A stretch of DNA of 63,348 bases, the filler included, from Octopus bimaculoides (lineage: Eukaryota): the NCBI RefSeq assembly GCF_001194135.2. It is 6 parts of 4 records of this genome, joined end to end, with 100 filler letters (N's around TTAATTAATTAA, not from the genome) between each part and the next. Parts side by side here need not be neighbours in the genome. Positions count along the whole stretch, not along the records: positions 33,897 to 53,007 come from NC_068984.1; positions 53,108 to 55,746 come from NC_068984.1; positions 55,847 to 63,348 come from NC_068984.1; 3 more parts are not named here. One strand, written 5' to 3'. The position numbers and the translations under genes were made by a program. The notes beneath the pieces were generated by a model. It saw nothing but the letters and a program-made list of their open reading frames with translations. It was not told the DNA's origin and searched no databases. Positions 50,020 through 63,256 of the stretch are shown piece by piece. How positions within the stretch are numbered: the first letter of the stretch is position 1; every line of letters begins with the position of its first letter.

Positions 50020-51266
50020 TCTGCTAAATTATAGAAAATTATAAGGAGAAAAAAGAGAGTATAGGAAAAGAGGGAAAGAGGGAGAGCGAGAGAGAGACAG
50101 AAAGACAGAGATAAGAAAAGAAGAAGATGGAAGGAGGGCAACAAAGGAACGTAGTATGGAAGGGGCTTTAAAGAAAAAAGTGTAATAAATGGTATATGCA
50201 GAAAAAGAGAGTCAGACAGACACAAACAAAGAGGAAGAACGAATAAGATAGGAATTCCTCTTCTCTTTTCTTTTTAGTTCATTGCCTTATATATACATAT
50301 GTGTGTGTGTGTTTGCGTATGTGTTGGGGTGGTAAATAAAATGAAAACGAAGAGGGAGAAATGCTTGAAAAATATAAACAGAGTGAATAATAGTGAATGA
50401 GAGAGAGAGGGGGATATGGACGTGGAGAGGCGTGAGATTATCCAATCATATGCAGTAAACAAGTGTAAGAGCCTATGGACAGCAAATTAAAAGTTGCCGT
50501 CCATTAATACTAAAAATACGGATTCTCTTTGGCGTTTAATCCTTGATTTCCTGTTGGGTTCTGTATTGTTTGAATATTTGTCTACATTTGCCACAATCAA
50601 ATTATGCCAAAACACAACATTTCTCCATCGGTTTGGTCAGGTCAATGAGGTTGGAATCATTTAAATTTCCCTGTTTGAGATGCTAATATAAAATTAAACA
50701 AGTTCTGTTAAGCTGTTCCTACTTGTCTGGTCGGACGCATTTCACTAAGCAAACAATATTTACCTCCCCTTTGCCTAACCTCTTCTCACTTCATACACAC
50801 ACACAAGCCACACATACACACAGACGCGTACGCACTCTATTATTCCCACTTTCTTCTTCTTCTTCTTCTTCTTCTTCTTCTTCTTCTTCTCTGCCTCACT
50901 CTCACTCCTTCATCTCTCTCTCTCTCTCTCTCTCCCCCTCTCTCTCTTCCTCCCTCGTTCTCCCTCCGACTCCCTTTTCCCTTTCCTTCGTATAAGAATA
51001 AAGTGCAATGGATTGTTGGAAGCAACTTGGCCTCCACAAAAACTGTTTATCTTTCACTGTTTGCCGAGCCCTTATTACATAGCAGATGTAAATTCCAATG
51101 TATACGCGTGAGCATGTGTGTATATATGCTTGTGTGTATGTATGCGTGTATGTATGCGTGTGTATGTGTGTGCACGTATGTATGCATATATACTTGTGCG
51201 TGCGTCTGTAACGTATTATGAAGGCTTAATATGTGTATCTCAAAACCTGTGTCTGTGTATACATAC

Positions 51267-51297
<31 letters not shown>

Positions 51298-51498
51298 ATT
51301 ATTATATGTATTTATATGGTATAATTTGTAATTCTTCGAAACATATGTTGGAAATAAAAGTATGCAGTTAAAATATGCGTTTTACTCCATTCATTAAATT
51401 TATATATATATATAAATATACATACACACACAGAGACACACATATATATATAAAACAAATGAAAAACAGAAGATGGAATATGCGAGAATATATTATTA

Positions 51499-51606
51499 AC
51501 CACGACAATTGTTTCGACACATCTAGCATCGATTCCTCCTGGGTGGGACAGTCAACAACTGGTTTAGGAGTATCTGGTGTAGTGCAGACGAATCTCGTCA
51601 GGTGAT
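51499..51606 (-). ncRNA. Type I hammerhead ribozyme motif with long stem II insertion
   Basis: Minus strand: ATCAC-CTGACGA-GA[about 75 nt]TC-GAAA-CAATTG-TC-GTGGT. 5-bp stem I (one G-U), palindromic stem III (ACAATTGT), GUC triplet. Confidence 0.65.
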
Positions 51607-52019
51607 AAATAAGTAGATAAAAAAAAACTCGTTAAAACGACTGTTCCACAATGCAACTTTCCGTTTTGTAAAGAGAAAAGCAGCCAGACGGACGAAAATT
51701 CTTCATATATATATAGAAGATCTAAAAATAAAATTGCAGAAAACAAAAAGAAAAACGAACACTTAATCCAGCGAGGAAAGTATTGAAAATAAACGTTAAC
51801 AGATATGGATGTATAAACGCCCTCGGGCAAGCTGCATGGCACGAGTAAACATGCTCATTAGCAAAGAATGTGAGCATACGCACGCGCGAGGTTAGGCGCA
51901 CTCATGATTACAAAGCGAGTTAAATATTTAGTAGGTGCTTCGAAGAACGGGGAGATTAAAAGTAAACTTAAGTCATCCATACCTTAAATTAAATTAAATT
52001 ACATTAAGTTAACGGTAAC

Positions 52020-52200
52020 TCAAAACTCATTCTCCCTGCATTGTGCAAAAGTACATTTATATGCGTGTAGGCATCTCGATAGTCGTTCAGGAATTGTATT
52101 AAGTATCTTTTCGTTAGTCCACATAATAGACAGGGATTCTTCGAAGCAGAGACGGCATCTCCTGGAAATTACACTGTATGGTTTTGCATGTCTAACTATG
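52020..52200 (-). mobile_element. Penelope-like GIY-YIG C-terminal fragment
   Basis: TWSIVRHAKPYSVISRRCRLCFEESLSIMWTNEKILNTIPERLSRCLH, the same W.I...A..Y.....C.LC..E...I......LN...E....C.H pattern as at 22230-22640. Confidence 0.75.
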
Positions 52201-52325
52201 GACCAAGTATATATATAGTAAATAAAGAAATATAAAAAAACGAAGAGCAAACACAAAAAAGCAACAACGCGAGGACGTGATACATGTAAAGTATTAGCAG
52301 ACGCTCAGGGAAGAAAAGAAAGGTG

Positions 52326-52360
52326 GTTCTACGTTTCGAGCAAAGCTCTTCTTCAGAAAC
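52326..52360 (-). ncRNA. Minimal hammerhead-like motif of a Penelope terminal repeat
   Basis: Minus strand: GTTT-CTGAAGA-A-GAGC-TTT-GCTC-GAAA-CGTA-GAAC. 4-bp stem I, 4-bp stem II after one unpaired A, palindromic ACGT, GUA triplet. Confidence 0.6.
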
Positions 52361-53127
52361 AGAGGAAAGTCTAATAGAAAAGGACGACGGAGGACAAAAA
52401 AACCTCAACGATGTTTGTGTATGTTTGTGAAATGTATGGTGGTAAGTTACATATTTCTTTGTATGTGCGGATGCATTAGTGTGTATGCTGAAGTGTGTGT
52501 GTGTGCGTGTGTGTCTTTGCATGGAAATGGCTCTTTCACTGCTTATCCAGGAAGTGACCGCTTCTTTGCGTCTTCGATAGGATGGAACCAAAGAAACGAG
52601 AGGTAGTTTCATGGAAAACAATGAAATATTGGGAGAGGCATTATGCCGGTAATAAACACACGCACTGGTTCAGTCCTTTATTAATTTATATAGTTTTTTG
52701 TTAAATTATTTCATTGCACTCTTGCAATCTCTTCAGTAACTTGTCTCTCCACTTCCATTTATTTTGAATATATGATCTGGCGTTGTTTTGGCGTTGTTTC
52801 GAAACTGTTTGGTATGAGCATGTGAGTGTGTGCAAGCTCGTATGTGTTCACGCTCATATGTGTGCACGCACTTATGTGTTCGTGCTTATATGTAAGTATG
52901 TGCGTCCATATGTGTGTTTGTAACAATTTCGTTTATATCAGATCAGATAGAGACTTTTTAATTAATTTATTTACGTTCATATTCCGCATCATATGTGTGA
53001 ACAACACNNNNNNNNNNNNNNNNNNNNNNNNNNNNNNNNNNNNNNNNNNNNTTAATTAATTAANNNNNNNNNNNNNNNNNNNNNNNNNNNNNNNNNNNNN
53101 NNNNNNNTATGTATATATATATATATA

Positions 53128-53430
53128 TGGCTGTGTGGTAAGTAGCTTGCTTTTCAACCACATGGTTCCGGGTTCATTCCCACTGCGTGGCACCTTGGGC
53201 ATGTGTCTTCTACTACAGCCTCAGGCCGACCAAAGCCTTGTGAGTGGATTCGGTAGGTGAAACTGAAAGAAGCTCGTCGTATGGCTGTATATACATGTAT
53301 GTGTGTGTATATGTTTGTCCCCTCCAACATCGCTTGACAACCGATGCTGGTGTGTTTATGTCCCCGTAACATTAGCGGTTCAGCAAAAGAGACCGGTAGA
53401 ATAAGAACTAGACTTACAAAGAATAAGAAT
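53128..53430 (+). mobile_element. Near full-length family B SINE with CpGs retained
   Basis: tRNA-like head with B-box-like GGTTCATTCCC, core CCTTGGGCATGTGTCTTCTAC, internal TA/TG repeat and tail. Confidence 0.8.
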
Positions 53431-54298
53431 GTATATATTCTTTTACTTGTATCATTCATTCGACAACGGCTATGCTGGAGCACCGCCTTTAATCGAACAA
53501 ATTGACCCCAGGAATTATTCTTTGTAAACCTAGTACTTGTTCTATTGTGCTTTTTGCTGAACCACTATATTACAGGGATGTAAACATACGATGTACATAC
53601 GTTACTCAGAAGTAAAACGCGATGTCTGGGACGACAAACACAAATCCACAAATATATATATACACATATATATATATGACGGGCTTCTTTCAGTTTCCGT
53701 CTATCAAATCCACTCACAAGGCTTTAGTAGAAGTCACTTGGCCAAGGTGCGATGCTGCAGGACTGATCCCGCAACCATGTACTTGGGAAGCAAGCTTCTT
53801 ATCACACACGTCTGCATAGACAAAGATTGAACTGACCGGAGGTATATATACTCACTTATATGGTTATAAATAAACATACATTACTCGTTTAAGTCGTTCT
53901 TTACTCCTACCTAATCCAAGACTGAACAAAGCCTTGGTGACGGCAATCATTACCATGGGTATTACATTTCAGAAATTTTCCCGATAACATACGTAACTTT
54001 TAATCGAGATTTCAATGAGAGCTGGCTGCTATATCTAGCAGGTTGATTGATCATATCGCATCTCCCTTCGTGTTTCGCAAACTTTTTCTATGCATTCATA
54101 ATCTGTGTGTTCATTTATTAGCTTCTGTTCCAAGCTCTTTGCATTTATCTTCCTGTCTATCTTTCTATCTCGCTATGTTCTTATCGAACAGCAGCGCTAA
54201 AGCCAGCTTTGCATCAAGCTAGACGCCAACACGCAATGAAGCTCGTTCTTTCCCCACACTCACTTTCTCGCTCACTCTGTATCTCTGTCTATCCATCC

Positions 54299-54372
<74 letters not shown>

Positions 54373-54677
54373 GCATCTATTTATCTCTTTCTACTTCCCA
54401 GTCACCCTATATTTATAGGTATGTGTAGATATATCTGTAGATATATGTGTGTATGTGTGTGTTTATGTGTGCAAATATATATATATATATATATATATAT
54501 TTATGTATATACATATACATATTTATATGAAACCTCCAAAAAGGAAAAAGGCGGTGCTCCAGCATGGCCGCAGTCAAATGACTGAAACAAGTAAAAGAGT
54601 AAAAGAGTATATACATATATATATATATATATATGATATATATACATATACACACATATATATACATATATATATAT

Positions 54678-54730
<53 letters not shown>

Positions 54731-54850
54731 CATATATATATGCATATATATATACATACATACATATATATATATATATACATATATATACATACATATA
54801 TATATACATATATATACATACATATATATATACATATATATACATACATC

Positions 54851-54884
<34 letters not shown>

Positions 54885-55098
54885 CGTAAATCGCTGCATG
54901 TTTGTATACATACGTATATATGTATGTATGTATATATGTTTGTGTGCGTGTGCGTGTGTGCTTGTGTGTGTCTTAAACACACTCACACGCACGCACACAC
55001 ACACACAAAACACACTGGTACACGCACATACATCCTATATTCCATTCCTTTTCTCTGTTGTATTCCTCATCTTTATCTATCTCTCACCATCTCACCCA

Positions 55099-55129
<31 letters not shown>

Positions 55130-55357
55130 CTTTTTTCTCCACTCCCCTCCTCTCGATCTCACTTCCTCCCCTCTCCCCATCTTATCCGTTGTCCCCTATT
55201 TCCAAAATAAACTTCGATATTATAAATACGACCGAATTCCTGAAACGCTTGTCGACATACGGCCCTTTTTCTTGTCCCCTTGAGAGTCCGATCAATAATC
55301 GAGCGATAGCAATGCAAGTAAGAGACCTAAAGACAGAGTATGCGTACGCCATTGTAT

Positions 55358-55399
<42 letters not shown>

Positions 55400-55877
55400 C
55401 TCTGCGACTGTATGGCTTTGTCAATGCGCGTTGCTGTGCAAACATATGACCTATTTAGTGTGCGTGTGTATAGGTGTATCTATATGTATGCATGTGCGCG
55501 CGTGTATGTATGTGCATGAATGTGCGCGCCAGTAAGCGTTACTCCACGCGTTTGCTACCACGTGCGAATGTGATGAATTTCTGATGTTTATGTATTGAAA
55601 GACACGTACGTATACGCACACATACACACAGAAGGACACACATCCACATGCAAACACACACACACACACACATACGGTGCACTAAATACGTTCATACACA
55701 TACGCGCTTCAATACGTTTTGTACATGTATGTATATATATATATATNNNNNNNNNNNNNNNNNNNNNNNNNNNNNNNNNNNNNNNNNNNNTTAATTAATT
55801 AANNNNNNNNNNNNNNNNNNNNNNNNNNNNNNNNNNNNNNNNNNNNTATATATATATATATATATTCACATATATAT

Positions 55878-55925
<48 letters not shown>

Positions 55926-57021
55926 GTTTGTATGTTCTGTGCAACTTTGTATGCTTGCTCTGATGTGTTGCCCCTCCAGCAGTCATTTTCCAGTTGTTCA
56001 GGATAATTAGTATCAGCCTTTGTTTCAGCACCAATGGCTTCACCAGTCTTTTTTATGTTTTACAAATTCAAGCATTCCTTAAAACCTTCCAAGTTAGCCT
56101 TTATTAGCCACAAAATGTCTTTCGTTTGAAGTTTCACTTTCGTCTTTCAGCATATCGTTACATGAAGTTGTGACTTTTAAAATTAATGTCGAGCTTATTG
56201 GTACAATTCGTTGAATTTAACCTTCGACCCATGTATCCAAGCCAGTTGTTTCTTTTCCGGTAAACTTCGAATATGTTTCTACTTTTGTACCTCCTATTTC
56301 TTTTGCCCAAATTGTTGGAGGTCTTCTCTTTTGATTCAAAGTTTTCCTTTTATTGTAGAGGTTTCACTAGACACTCCACATCAGGCCATCCTAGATTATT
56401 TTCTCTCATGGTTTATATTGGAGGCTATACTTTTTGTTTTTTTCTTTTCTTTCTCTTACTCCTTGCTCTTCGTTGTCTCTGGAAACCCTTGTTTTGTCAC
56501 TTATTTGCTTTCGTCTTCCCTTTTCGTTTCTCTCATCTTTTTAGCTGTGAGTAGCGGTGGGAGCAGGGCCAGTATCAACAGTGTTTCCTTCGCTATCAAG
56601 CTTCTCAGTCGTGGCTTTGTCTTTGATCTTTCGCAGGTTTTCTGGGCCCAGGAAACTTTTCTTTTCCTTTATATATTTACCTACCTACATACATATATAC
56701 AAATGAACACGTTAGCCACGCCCTCTACCTTATCTTATGTATGTATACGTCTCAAGAACAGCGTTAATTTATTCTAGTTTCTCAGAGACAAACACTCCTG
56801 ATTCAAACCTAACCGTTTTTGTTGAAATCAGATAGGCAGAGTTAGAAATAAAACAACGATAACTAAAGAAGAAAAGAAAAGAAAGAGAAGACGCAAGAAA
56901 ATAAATCAAGAATGAATATGTTTGTGGTCGTTACGCTCTGTTGGTGACTAAAATATCAGTGTTACATAAAATGTAATGTTGCTGTTATCATGACAGTTCC
57001 ACTCCTTCGTTTTTAGTTGTG

Positions 57022-57074
<53 letters not shown>

Positions 57075-57870
57075 GTTCTTAAAGCCTTCTATCATGCCAT
57101 GTATTTCCCCACAAATACATCTAATACTGAACAAACCTACCTAAACTTGAGACAGAAGCACCTTGAAGTAAGACAGTAACAAACTTGCCAACGTCAGACG
57201 AAACATTATGAAAAAGAAATTACTAACTGAATTAGAGATGGACCAGATTAAGCAATCAGTAAGAGATAAAAAGAACGAAGTGGCAGCTAAAGAAGATACT
57301 ACAGACGAAAGAATTATAGACCAGCCCAGGTCTGATAAAAATGCAATAATGATTGAAAGAGTTAATGTGACTAATAAGCAAAATGAAATACTCTCTGAAC
57401 CAATCATAAACACTAAGGCAGATGAAAATCAAATAGATGAAGAAAGTCACTCAGATATTGACCCAACAGAAGTAAATGATCTAAAAAATCAAATCATGAT
57501 TGAATAGCTGAAAATTAAAGAAACCAGTATGAATGAACGTGATACTCTCCCCAAAATTCGCAATTCTAACCAAAACTTGAAAGTAATTGGTAAAATCTGC
57601 CTTGTACTTAAGGATATAATTTCAGCTAATGACGTTGATATTACAAATCTCAACCACATGTACTATGCATCCACGAAAATCTCAGCGATTCAATGTAGTG
57701 AAAAGATTAGAAAACGACAACATTCTCACAAAAGGCCTTCTTGGCAAGAGCATATTGAACACCACATTCAGATACTTAGGTCTGACATAGAATGTTTAAA
57801 AACCCTAAGTTTGACAGGAATATCAAACCCACAAAAATCTGAAAATTAAAGAAAAAATATATGAAATCCA
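57075..57870 (+). mobile_element. R4/Dong-like retrotransposon N-terminal region (degenerate)
   Basis: Starts directly after (AAT)n at 57024-57074. Fragments LANVRRNIMKKKLLTELEMDQIKQSV and RDTLPKI...DITNLNHMYYAS...RPSWQEHIEHHIQILRSDI are typical of the R4-clade pre-RT region. Confidence 0.7.
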
Positions 57871-60362
57871 AACCTTGTGAAGGTTTTAATGTAGCAGAAA
57901 CTTCTGCACAGTTTACAGGGGAACACACGCTATAAAATGTCGAAATGGGACGATTGGGCGAGGCTGTTTAGGCACTAGTGATTTGATGCGGTTGGCTGGA
58001 TATTGAACTGGATTTGAAGACAATACTTTTTGGCACAGGAAGCAAGCAGAGAGAGAGAGAGGGGGGGGGGAGAAGGAGAGAAGTATTAAAGCGCCTGATG
58101 TCAATTAATTCTGTATTGAATCAACAACGCCAAACAGACGGCAACCATTGCAACAGGACGTGTCGTACCCATAAAATGTTATATAATTTAACTGATTTCT
58201 CTTCAAGTATCTCCGCCAAGACCTGCAACGCATACGCACCCAGACGCACTCACCCTCGTTCATTTGCCCACTTGATGGCGGATACTCACCACGTACACAT
58301 TAGCCTTATCAGAGATCTTCTCAGAGCAGACTTAACCTTCATAATGGTGAAGTGATTTGTCATTCTTTGGGTTCATCCTTTCATGGACAGACGTATTTTT
58401 ACTTCTCAATGTCAGAAGTCATATAAATGCTCTCAAGGACCCATGTAAAGCACCTTAGATAACGTCTAACTTGTGACTTATGTTGTTTAACAACGGTATC
58501 CTAGCAACCATAAACGGAATACTATTCAAACTTATTGGTGACAAACTTCATGACCGTTTCCGTAGAGTTAAACAGATGAAAGTTAAAGACAGCGCTTCTC
58601 ACGATAATATGTTGAACTTGGCCAACTAAATTTCTATCAGTATGACAATATAAAGGAAGAAGTCTGCGAGCGGGTAGAATCGTTAGGCCATCGGAGAAAA
58701 TGCTGAACAATATTTCTTCTGGGTCTTTTTACGCCTTGAGCTCCAGTCCTGCCGAGATCAACTTTGCCTTACATTCCTTCGGGGCTGATAAAATCAAGAA
58801 CAATTCAGTTTCTAGCGCCGATGCAATCGGTTTGTATAATCAACAAAGTGTCACGTGTCAGTTCCAGAGTGCTCAATCTGCTTAGGACGGCGGATTATCT
58901 AAGATCTTATGACGGGGGATTATCTAAGATCTTTATCTTTTCTGCTCCAACCACGAAGAGAGCATTTATGTACTCGCTCGATCTGCAAAAGAAACAAAAA
59001 AATCAGTCAAATCTCCCCCAAATCATACGATATGTTCTTTAAAAAGAAGGTATACGTTGGTTAATGTAGTGCATGAAACATTTTGTGTGAAAGACATTTG
59101 ATTTGCCTTTAAATGCGGCCATCCTCTGCCAAGGATTAACAAGAAAGAAAGAAACAACAACACAAATAAATAAACCGCCATCGTTAATAACTGTCTTCGC
59201 CCACCTGCTTACATATGAAAACATTTTACCTGTATTCAAACCATTGAACTTCTCATTGGCTGGTTTATTCGACATCCTGTTTAGTCAGCCAATCGTGTTC
59301 ACCAACCCAGTAGAAAGTGACGTCACAGATTTTCTTATGGACCTTAATTAAAAATGAAAGTAGATGTTAATCCCGGCGATATTTGAACGTTGAAAAACGA
59401 GAATTAATGTTGCATGGCACTTAGTTCCACTTTTGGACCGTTGTTTCTGTTCTTTTTTTTTTCTCTCGGATATTTATCGATAAAACATTCAGCGAAACAT
59501 CCGAAAGAGCGGATCAAAAAACCAGTCAACCAAGCACTGCCTTGGTGCACAAACAGAGTTATAGATTAACCGAAGAGATAAATATATCAATAAATAAAGA
59601 AATACAGAGAGAAATAGTGAAATAAATAAACGAAACGTGTCTTAACGTGTTTCTAGCTGAATCGACAGTGTGTGCGTGCGCCTTTGTAATGGACATACTA
59701 ATGCCAACCATCTAATCACGTTTAAAGACATACACACACACTCAGATGTATGTATGTATGTATTATGTATGTATGTATTATGTATGTACATATGTATTAT
59801 GTATGTATGTATTATGTATGTATGTATGTATGTATGTATATAATTATTTATGTATATGTCTCAGTGAACATAAGTATACGGGTATTAATACATATTCACA
59901 CACTTATGTCGACACTTGTTTTTGTGTATAAAAATACTAACAACCACACACACACACAAAACTGGCAGCTAAAGAGTGGTGAATGAAGTCTAAAAATATC
60001 CAACAGCAACGAATGAAACAGCATTCAACAGGATCCAATTTTAGCCAGACACAAAATGTTTTCTCTGAGCAAAGAAACAATTCAACTGGATAGAGAAACA
60101 AGAAATAGGAACATTGATCTATGGGGCCCAACGAGGGGGCATCTACGGGTTCAGTCAATTTGTTAGAAATAACACTCATATCTCCCTCAACTTACATGCT
60201 CTTCTCTAGCAAAAGAAGAGGGACATTTCCAGTAATGAAGTCCAAGGTGAACAATGCTTGAAGCGGGAAAGCAAAAGTACATTCATGGAATGCCTTCGAT
60301 TATAGCCAAGAATTAGATGAAGGCCAAATAATCAGAGGAACAGTATTCGCCACTGTTTGTGT

Positions 60363-60413
<51 letters not shown>

Positions 60414-62650
60414 GCTCACGCATGCACACATCTGTATATAGAGTTTTACACTCTCGTCACGTTCTGGCTCTTCATCTCCCTTTCCCCATTCTCCCCCCCC
60501 CCATGTCTTCCTCTAAATGGAGATGTGTATATTTTTATTGTTGAAATCTTTCTTTTCTTATAACAAAAATGCAAAGCCCCGTCGTTGGAATATAGATAAC
60601 AAATTCAAATTTTAATCTCCAGAAATGTCTAAATATGTATGTATGCCATCATTCAGTTTATTTCAAGATTTCTTGCCAAAAGAGAAAGTACCGGTTTCTA
60701 ACCTACATCTAAGGCTCCTTCATTGGAATTTCAACATCATCAACAGGGTATGTATGTATGTATGTATGTATGTTTTGCTTTATGCATGTGTTCCAATGCA
60801 TATAGTTGTATGTATGTATGTATGTATGTATGTATGTATGTATGTATGTATGTATGTACGTACGTATACGTGGGCGCGTTTCATTAAGCCATGTTCGTTC
60901 TCAAGGAATCTGAAAATGATATTTAAATTAAAATCTTCTGGATAGAGCACCAGCATATTCAACATACTGTTCTCTGTATGAAGTAACATTTACCGTTCAT
61001 TTTACGCCTATTTCCTCCAGCTAGAATAATGCTTTCAGTTCAGAAAAACACACACACACACACACACGCACACACACACACAGAGCAACAGCAGCAGGTT
61101 TCAAATTACAATCTACAAACTGGCCTAGGCCTTGTCCCTCACGGGAATTTCATGTGGTTATTTTTATAAACTCGGGATATAAAGAGAAATGCATTTCTAA
61201 CCAGCATTTCAGTATTCATAAGGTGAGAAAAAACTCGCCAATGGATTATAAAATCGGAACGCAAGCAGATTCAACAATTCAGGCATATTTTTTATGATAA
61301 TTATGAAGTACATAGCCAAATAAAAGCATAGTAAACCTTCTACTTCTGTGTAGCATTACTATATGCTTTTCTTTAGATTCTAGACAATGTTTTTACACAT
61401 AGCGCTTGACTAAACAATACTTATACAACGGTCGCAATATTTATTCGTAAAATCTACTCAGTATTGTTTCCAGAGAACGTTGTTTACTGCTATAAAAATA
61501 TATTTCCATTCATGTCAAGCAATAATCTTGTAATAAATCAAGCATAATCTCGCAATAAATGAAGCTAGTTGCTTCTTAATTCCTTGTGATCAGAGGAAAC
61601 TATCAATGTATGACTTGTAAGTATTGATTGGTTTACCAGAAAATTCGATATTTCGTAAAATGTATGTGAAGCGACACTAAAAACTCATGTCCAACGCAGT
61701 CAGGCAAAACGCTTGCAACAGGATTGAAATTTCGATTCATTAACTGACAATATGTTTCACCTTATCTACGCCATCATTTCTTCTCCACACTATTTACTGG
61801 AGACACTAATAGCTCCTGGCGCCATTTTGCACACACACACACACACATGCAACTTAACACATTCCCCCCACATGTCATTTGTCAATCCGGGATTAGCACA
61901 CGAGTTAAATTGTTCAAGGTAGTGTACGATTGGATCAAGGCAAAAACCACGTGGTTCCACATAAACTTTTCAGGATAAGTTTGTGCCTTCTCTATCATTA
62001 TGTTCGATGCTACTTTTTAACACATAGTGTGGCGCCATCTTGTGATAAATACTATTCATTAACGCACTGTGTCTTGCTATAACTGTTACTGTTTGTTCTT
62101 TTCTAGTTCATTGGATAGACAAAAATGCTTATATATTTCCATCTGTTCGCTTTAAACGTGATGGCCATCTGAAGCATGATTGAATGAAATGCTAAGATGG
62201 GAGATAAATATTCCAGTTAGTAATAGGTAAGTGTGTCTAGAACCAAGAAAGGCAATTAAATTATAACATTTTACGGACACACACACACACACACGCACAC
62301 ACACACACACGCACACACACACACACACANNNNNNNNNNNNNNNNNNNNNNNNNNNNNNNNNNNNNNNNNNNNNNNNNNNNNNNNNNNNNNNNNNNNNNN
62401 NNNNNNNNNNNNNNNNNNNNNNNNNNNNNNNNNNNNNNNNNNNNNNNNNNNNNNNNNNNNNNNNNNNNNNNNNNNNNNNNNNNNNNNNNNNNNNNNNNNN
62501 NNNNNNNNNNNNATATATATATATATATAAAATATATAGTTTTAGGGAAAATAACCAATTTTCAAATAGAAAAGAAATTTAAATCGATTAAAATCAATTG
62601 AAATTATCGAAAATAAGTTCTATTCAAAAATATAGCTACTCGTCAGATCG

Positions 62651-62696
62651 TAAGTAGAACAATAATTAGATATATATCTAATTATTGTTCTACTTA
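62651..62696. repeat. Perfect 46-bp palindrome inside an AT-rich element with weak TIRs (about 62538-62796)
   Basis: TAAGTAGAACAATAATTAGATAT|ATATCTAATTATTGTTCTACTTA equals its own reverse complement and is followed by a tandem TATAAGGCTCAATT x2. Confidence 0.9.
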
Positions 62697-63208
62697 TAAG
62701 GCTCAATTTATAAGGCTCAATTTAATTTGAATTTTTTATAAATTGATTTTAATTGAGTTTTTTTACCTGTAATTTTGGATTTTGTCCCTAATATTATTAT
62801 ATATATATATATATATCGAGGGTATGAGAGGTATTGGTGTCAAGAAGACCCAACGGTGTCATGTAATGCTGAGTAAGTGCTATGGACAGACTATAGTTAA
62901 GCTCCAGGTTCAATAATGATACGTATGCGGAGTCCAACGTGGGTTGTGTATTAGCGAGCACTTCAAAAAAAAAATCCCTCGATCGAATAACACCGTTTAC
63001 AAGACTCTAAGCTTGGAATGACCAATTATAAACACTATTGGAACTCATACACAAGATACAGGAAACTTATATATACACCATTCTGCTTAAATAATGGAAC
63101 TGCAGATACAATATGCCGGCATATCTCACATCTGTTTTCATTCCTCCACTTCACTCTGTTTTTCATATCTTCTCCATAATAACTATTACTTAAACACTTT
63201 CTCGCACC

Positions 63209-63256
63209 GTCTCTGATGAAGGGATATATAACATATCCCGGAAACAGCTGTAAGAC
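63209..63256 (+). ncRNA. Minimal type I hammerhead ribozyme motif
   Basis: GTCT-CTGATGA-A-GGGATAT-ATAAC-ATATCCC-G-GAAA-CAGCTG-TA-AGAC. 4-bp stem I, 7-bp stem II closed by an A.G mismatch, palindromic stem III (ACAGCTGT), GUA triplet. Confidence 0.75.

Noticed and set aside
54413-55283. YI/HT-repeat ORFs of 150-216 aa
   Set aside because: Degenerate (TA)n/(CA)n dinucleotide repeats.
55990-56650. Minus-strand degenerate coding-like stretch (LPEKKQLAWIHGSKV...LWLIKG)
   Set aside because: Many stops and only vague resemblance to a LINE ORF1. The plus-strand 188-aa ORF is a low-complexity Phe/Leu/Ser antisense reading.
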